Below are positions 7,789-11,329 of a stretch of DNA of 11,329 nt, piece by piece. The stretch comes from Limisphaerales bacterium (GTDB lineage: Bacteria > Verrucomicrobiota > Verrucomicrobiia > Limisphaerales > JAJOIW01), in contig CBFHOE010000008.1 of the NCBI GenBank assembly GCA_965657355.1, positions 184,423 to 195,751 of the forward strand, given 5' to 3'. The stretch's first letter is position 1. Each line of letters opens with the position of its first letter. The translations under genes were made by a program, and so were the position numbers. Below the pieces are notes generated by a model, which ran no database searches, was not told the origin of the DNA, and was given only the letters and a program-made list of their open reading frames with translations.

Positions 7789-9129
7789 ATGAAGTTCATT
7801 TTTTCTATTCTCGTTTTTTTCTCTGGCGCGTTAATTATGGCTAGTGAAAAACCCAATCTTGTCGTGATAGTGGCCGATGATTTAGGTTGGGCGGATGTTG
7901 GTTATCATGGTGGAGATATACCGACTCCTCACCTTGACCTTATGGCTGAGGACGGCGTGCAACTCGACCGCTTTTATGTCGCCCCAATGTGCACGCCAAC
8001 CAGGGTAGGTTTTTTGACGGGGAGATACTGGAGCCGCTTTGGAAATACCAATCCTTCCAATAACCAGGTTATTCCATTTGAGACAGAGACCATAGCTAGC
8101 TTTCTGAAGAGTCATGGTTACAAAACCTCGATTTTCGGTAAATGGCATTTGGGGTCCAAGCTTGAATGGGGGCCCGATAAATTTGGGTTTGATGAAAGTT
8201 ACGGATCTCTTGCTGGTGGTGTTGGTCCTTGGCTCCACAAATACAAAAAAGGAACCTTTTCTCAAACGTGGCATCGCAATGGTAAATTTATATTTGAATC
8301 AGGTCACGTGACAGATTTGATAACTAAAAACGCGATACAGGAGCTTGATAAGCTTCAGAACGCAGGCCATCCCTTTTTTATGTATATCCCATTTACGGCG
8401 GTACACAATCCACTTCAAGAGCCCGATATTTGGAGGTTGAGAGGTGAGTCATTAAAAAATGATCGCCCGGAATACTCTGCTTGCGTGATGCACATGGACC
8501 ACTGTATTGGCCTGATTTTAGAGAAGCTAAAGCAACGGACAAAAACACATAACCGAGAAAATATTATCCTTTTTTTCAGTGACAATGGCGGAACCATAAA
8601 CCCAACGGAGGGGGATGATTCTCGGTACCCAGGCGTTTATGCACACAATGTTTTGCTTGGTAGAAATGCTCCTTTGAGAGGGCGTAAGACGCAGCTTTTC
8701 GAAGGCGGGATTCGCGTGCCAGCTATTCTCCACAGCCCTGACATATTCGGACCTGCAATAGTTGAATCTCCGATACACGTCGTCGATATTTTTCCAACCT
8801 TGACCGCGCTATTAGGGATTCCTTCGAATAAAACTGTAACTTCTGATGGAAATGACCGCTCTGACCTTTTAAATGGAACATACCCGGATCAAAAGATGGA
8901 TCATAATCCATTTTATTGGCTGGGAGTGAATCGTAATTCTCGAGCGGTTTTGAGATGGCCATGGAAATGGATTCAACTTAAAAAAAATCCTAAAGAGGAA
9001 TACTTGTTTAACCTGTCAATTGACGGTGGTGAATCTACCAACCTCATCTCAGAAAATATGAAAATCCGAGATAGCCTTTTTGAGATAGCTCGAAAACAAT
9101 CGCGACTCGATGATACATTGATGCCATAG
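7789..9129 (+). CDS. Secreted Cys-type formylglycine-dependent sulfatase (S1 family, arylsulfatase B-like)
   Basis: Signal-peptide-like N-terminus MKFIFSILVFFSGALIMA. Motifs: KPNLVVIVADDLGWAD, CTPTR..LTGRY (CxPxR), GKWHLG, AVHNP, SDNGG and RGRK..LFEGGIRVP. Confidence 0.93.
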   Translation: MKFIFSILVFFSGALIMASEKPNLVVIVADDLGWADVGYHGGDIPTPHLDLMAEDGVQLDRFYVAPMCTPTRVGFLTGRYWSRFGNTNPSNNQVIPFETETIASFLKSHGYKTSIFGKWHLGSKLEWGPDKFGFDESYGSLAGGVGPWLHKYKKGTFSQTWHRNGKFIFESGHVTDLITKNAIQELDKLQNAGHPFFMYIPFTAVHNPLQEPDIWRLRGESLKNDRPEYSACVMHMDHCIGLILEKLKQRTKTHNRENIILFFSDNGGTINPTEGDDSRYPGVYAHNVLLGRNAPLRGRKTQLFEGGIRVPAILHSPDIFGPAIVESPIHVVDIFPTLTALLGIPSNKTVTSDGNDRSDLLNGTYPDQKMDHNPFYWLGVNRNSRAVLRWPWKWIQLKKNPKEEYLFNLSIDGGESTNLISENMKIRDSLFEIARKQSRLDDTLMP

Positions 9130-9144
9130 CCAATTTTATACTTC

Positions 9145-10515
9145 ATGAGAATTATTATCATTTTAGCAATTACTTTGTTTTACTCCATTTTTGCTGAGGC
9201 TAGAAAAAATGATCAGGTGCAACCAAATATTATTTGGATTATGGCAGATGATATGGGCTACGGCGATGCTGGATGCTACGGGCAAAAACTCATAAAAACA
9301 CCAAACATAGATACGCTCTCGACTGAAGGTATGCGCTTTACTAATGCCTACGCTGGCTCAACAGTATGTGCTCCATCAAGAAGCGTTCTCATGACGGGTA
9401 AACACGCTGGGCATACCAGAGTGCGAGGGAATTTTGGGATTCGTGGAGGTGTTGTCGGGTTAGGTGGAGGAAAGGGTAGGGTGCCGCTCCGAGAAAAAGA
9501 TCTTACCGTTGCAGAGATTCTAAAAACACAGGGCTATACCACAGGCTTGGTCGGTAAATGGGGGCTGGGAGAGCCAAAGTCCAGTGGGGCACCGAACAAA
9601 AAGGGGTTTGATTTTTTCTTTGGATTTTATAACCAACGAAGAGCTCATAACCATTACCCCGATTTTTTGTGGCTGAATGAAGAGCGTTTCGATTTGCCCG
9701 GTAATAGCGGAAGAGACCACCAAAGTCAGTATGCACAAGATTTATTTTCCAGCTATGCAATGAATTTCATTAGACAAAGCAAAGATGTTCCATTTTTTCT
9801 CTATATTTCGTTCACGGTTCCTCATTCAAAATTCCAGGCGCCTAACTTGGGTGAATATGATCAAAAAAATTGGACTGATGAGCAGAAGTTTTATGCAGCT
9901 ATGATAAGTCGCATGGATTCCCAAATAGGAGATATTGTTGGGCTCGTTGACAGTCTGGGGAAAAAATCAAACACCGTCATATTCTTCTGCTCCGACAACG
10001 GAGCAGCTAATCGCTATGAGGGACGGTTTGATAGTTCAGGGGCGTTGCGGGGGAGAAAACGAGAAATGTACGAAGGTGGTATAAGAACTCCAATGATTGT
10101 TCGTTGGCCAGGAAAAATAAAAGCTCATTCAGTGGATCATACTCCTTGGTATTTTGCAGATTTTTTGCCGACGGTGGCACATTTAGCTGGTGGGCGTATT
10201 CCTGATGACATTGATGGAATGGACATTTCAGAAATCCTCCTTGGAAAAGCAACCTCTTCCTCCAGAAAAATAATAAATAATCGCTTTCTTTATTGGGAAT
10301 TTTACGAGCGAGGGTTTCAGCAAGCCGTGCGCTGGAAAAATTGGAAAGCTGTAAAGCTTAAGTGGAATGAGCCAATTGAATTATATGATCTATCACGAGA
10401 TATAAGCGAGTCGAGGAATATTGCTGCCATTCATCCGGAGGTCGTGGCACAATTTGAATTTTATTTAAAAAATTGCCGTATTCCCAGTGAGGAGTTTCCC
10501 AGCCCGTTAGACTAG
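9145..10515 (+). CDS. Secreted Cys-type formylglycine-dependent sulfatase (S1 family, arylsulfatase-like)
   Basis: Signal-peptide-like N-terminus MRIIIILAITLFYSIFAEA. Motifs: PNIIWIMADDMGYGD, CAPSRSVLMTG (CxPxR), GKWGLG, VPH, SDNG, RGRKREMYEGGIRTP and ELYDL..D..E..N. It starts 15 nt after the first sulfatase, so the two are probably co-transcribed. Confidence 0.94.
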   Translation: MRIIIILAITLFYSIFAEARKNDQVQPNIIWIMADDMGYGDAGCYGQKLIKTPNIDTLSTEGMRFTNAYAGSTVCAPSRSVLMTGKHAGHTRVRGNFGIRGGVVGLGGGKGRVPLREKDLTVAEILKTQGYTTGLVGKWGLGEPKSSGAPNKKGFDFFFGFYNQRRAHNHYPDFLWLNEERFDLPGNSGRDHQSQYAQDLFSSYAMNFIRQSKDVPFFLYISFTVPHSKFQAPNLGEYDQKNWTDEQKFYAAMISRMDSQIGDIVGLVDSLGKKSNTVIFFCSDNGAANRYEGRFDSSGALRGRKREMYEGGIRTPMIVRWPGKIKAHSVDHTPWYFADFLPTVAHLAGGRIPDDIDGMDISEILLGKATSSSRKIINNRFLYWEFYERGFQQAVRWKNWKAVKLKWNEPIELYDLSRDISESRNIAAIHPEVVAQFEFYLKNCRIPSEEFPSPLD

Positions 10516-10528
10516 ATTTACTTACTGT

Positions 10529-11050
10529 CTACAGGCCGCTTTTACTGAGTATATTTTGGAGTTCAACTTGGAATTTCATAACGTCCTCCTGAGATGGTCG
10601 GTAGCCTTCCTCTTCGGGGTTTATTCCAGGTCTGCCCATTTGGTCTATGAACCACTCTGCTTTCTTTCCATCAGAGAATGTAACTTTACCGCTAATGGCA
10701 TAGCCTGGGCGTGTTAATGTATCGACTGTTACGGAAACTGAACCCCCGTTTTCTGCTGGGGCTCCCGCACCAGATTCTTGTTGGACCGGGGAGGGCGGAG
10801 GAGTGACATCTGGGGCCTCATCAGCTGGACCTTGAGCACTAATTTCTTCAGGTTCTTCGGATTCTTCAGGTTCTTCCTCTTTCTCAACGTCTTTTGGGGT
10901 GACTTCGAGATCAGAAATAAGAAACCTAAGGTCCATGTATGTCATGGTAATGTCCAATTCATCAACGAGCTTCTTCTGGATTTCGTTCAGTTGCAGGCCT
11001 TCCTGAATCCATTGTCGGACTATTTCTTTTTGTTGATCGTCGAGCGTCAT
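10529..11050 (-). CDS. Hypothetical protein: helical N-terminal domain, acidic/Pro-rich linker, compact C-terminal domain; resembles a Verrucomicrobiota-type conserved protein
   Basis: A 173-aa ATG-started ORF fills the gap between the neighbouring genes without overlap and has natural two-domain composition (WIQEGLQLNEIQKKL...TYMDLRFLISDL; VSVTVD..RPG..ISGKVTFSDG..AEWFIDQMGR). The family resemblance is from memory, not from a search. Confidence 0.85.
   Translation of the reverse strand: MTLDDQQKEIVRQWIQEGLQLNEIQKKLVDELDITMTYMDLRFLISDLEVTPKDVEKEEEPEESEEPEEISAQGPADEAPDVTPPPSPVQQESGAGAPAENGGSVSVTVDTLTRPGYAISGKVTFSDGKKAEWFIDQMGRPGINPEEEGYRPSQEDVMKFQVELQNILSKSGL
10844..10879. repeat. In-frame 9-bp tandem repeat, 4 imperfect copies, encoding EEE-PEE-SEE-PEE
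   Basis: The + strand reads ttcttcagg / ttcttcgga / ttcttcagg / ttcttcctc. Confidence 0.8.
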
Positions 11051-11147
11051 ATTAGATGCCCTATATTGAGGAAGATCTTTCCTATAAAAAAGAAAAATGT
11101 TTTTAGTCTCGATTTGGGGTTGGGGCTTGGAAAAAATCCATTACCTC

Positions 11148-11329
11148 TCAATTTTGAGATGTATTAGTTTTACTGCCGGGGCGAACCCACTCAATCACGC
11201 CAGATCGGGTATCATAAATAGCTCCGACCAGGTCAATCTGACCATTATGAAATTTCTCTCGGATAATTTTACTCTTCTTGAGTGTATCGACCATCGACAT
11301 TAAGATGGATTGCCTTGTGGTAGCTGGAT
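11148..11329 (-). CDS. C-terminal fragment of a probable beta-class carbonic anhydrase (start lies outside the window)
   Basis: Manual translation from 11327 gives PATTRQSILMSMVDTLKKSKIIREKFHNGQIDLVGAIYDTRSGVIEWVRPGSKTNTSQN*, with TGA at 11150-11148. S..IRE....G...LVGAIYD..SG.IEW matches the beta-CA C-terminal motif. The zinc ligands would lie upstream, outside the window. Confidence 0.75.
   Translation of the reverse strand, partial: PATTRQSILMSMVDTLKKSKIIREKFHNGQIDLVGAIYDTRSGVIEWVRPGSKTNTSQN

Noticed and set aside
11069..11097. AGGAAG/TTTCCT hairpin next to an A-tract, as a terminator for the CA gene
   Set aside because: On the minus strand the U-tract precedes the stem instead of following it, and the stem is weak.
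11114..11130. TTGGGGTTGGGGCTTGG as a G-quadruplex or repeat array
   Set aside because: It has only two G4 runs plus one GG, too short to support either interpretation.
11146..11159. Inverted repeat TCTCAA-TT-TTGAGA over the CA stop codon
   Set aside because: It is short and AT-rich, lies mostly in coding sequence and has no adjacent U-tract, so it is plausibly chance.
10778..11167. 129-aa + strand ORF with FFRFFGFFRFF periodicity
   Set aside because: The periodicity is the antisense reading of the GAA-rich linker repeat of the minus-strand gene.
11097..11303. 68-aa + strand ORF
   Set aside because: It is antisense to the beta-CA-like frame, which has recognisable motifs.
1..11329. Mobile elements, CRISPR arrays, tRNA/rRNA or defence systems
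   Set aside because: I found no transposase, integrase or nuclease motifs, no repeat-spacer periodicity and no tRNA-like sequence. All intergenic gaps are under 160 nt.

Overview
An 11.3-kb, mostly housekeeping bacterial window. The protein families resemble those of Verrucomicrobiota (PVC), possibly a marine lineage; this is inferred from recalled families, not from a search. The + strand carries a 5'-truncated DUF2723/TMEM260-like GT-C membrane protein with C-terminal TPRs, then prfB (RF2), a stand-alone trpC and an alpha2-type glycyl-tRNA ligase. prfB has the canonical programmed +1 frameshift, so its true start is ATG 3148, which the ORF track misses. Next come a convergent Mn-type sodA with an intrinsic terminator and a divergent pair of secreted Cys-type sulfatases. 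The window ends with two minus-strand genes: a two-domain hypothetical protein and the C-terminal 59 codons of a probable beta-carbonic anhydrase that is absent from the ORF track. I found no mobile element, CRISPR array, tRNA or rRNA, and no clearly new multi-gene system. The best leads are the TMEM260-like putative protein glycosyltransferase, weak Shine-Dalgarno use at starts alongside a strong frameshift SD, possible structured leaders before prfB and glyQS, and the sodA promoter architecture.
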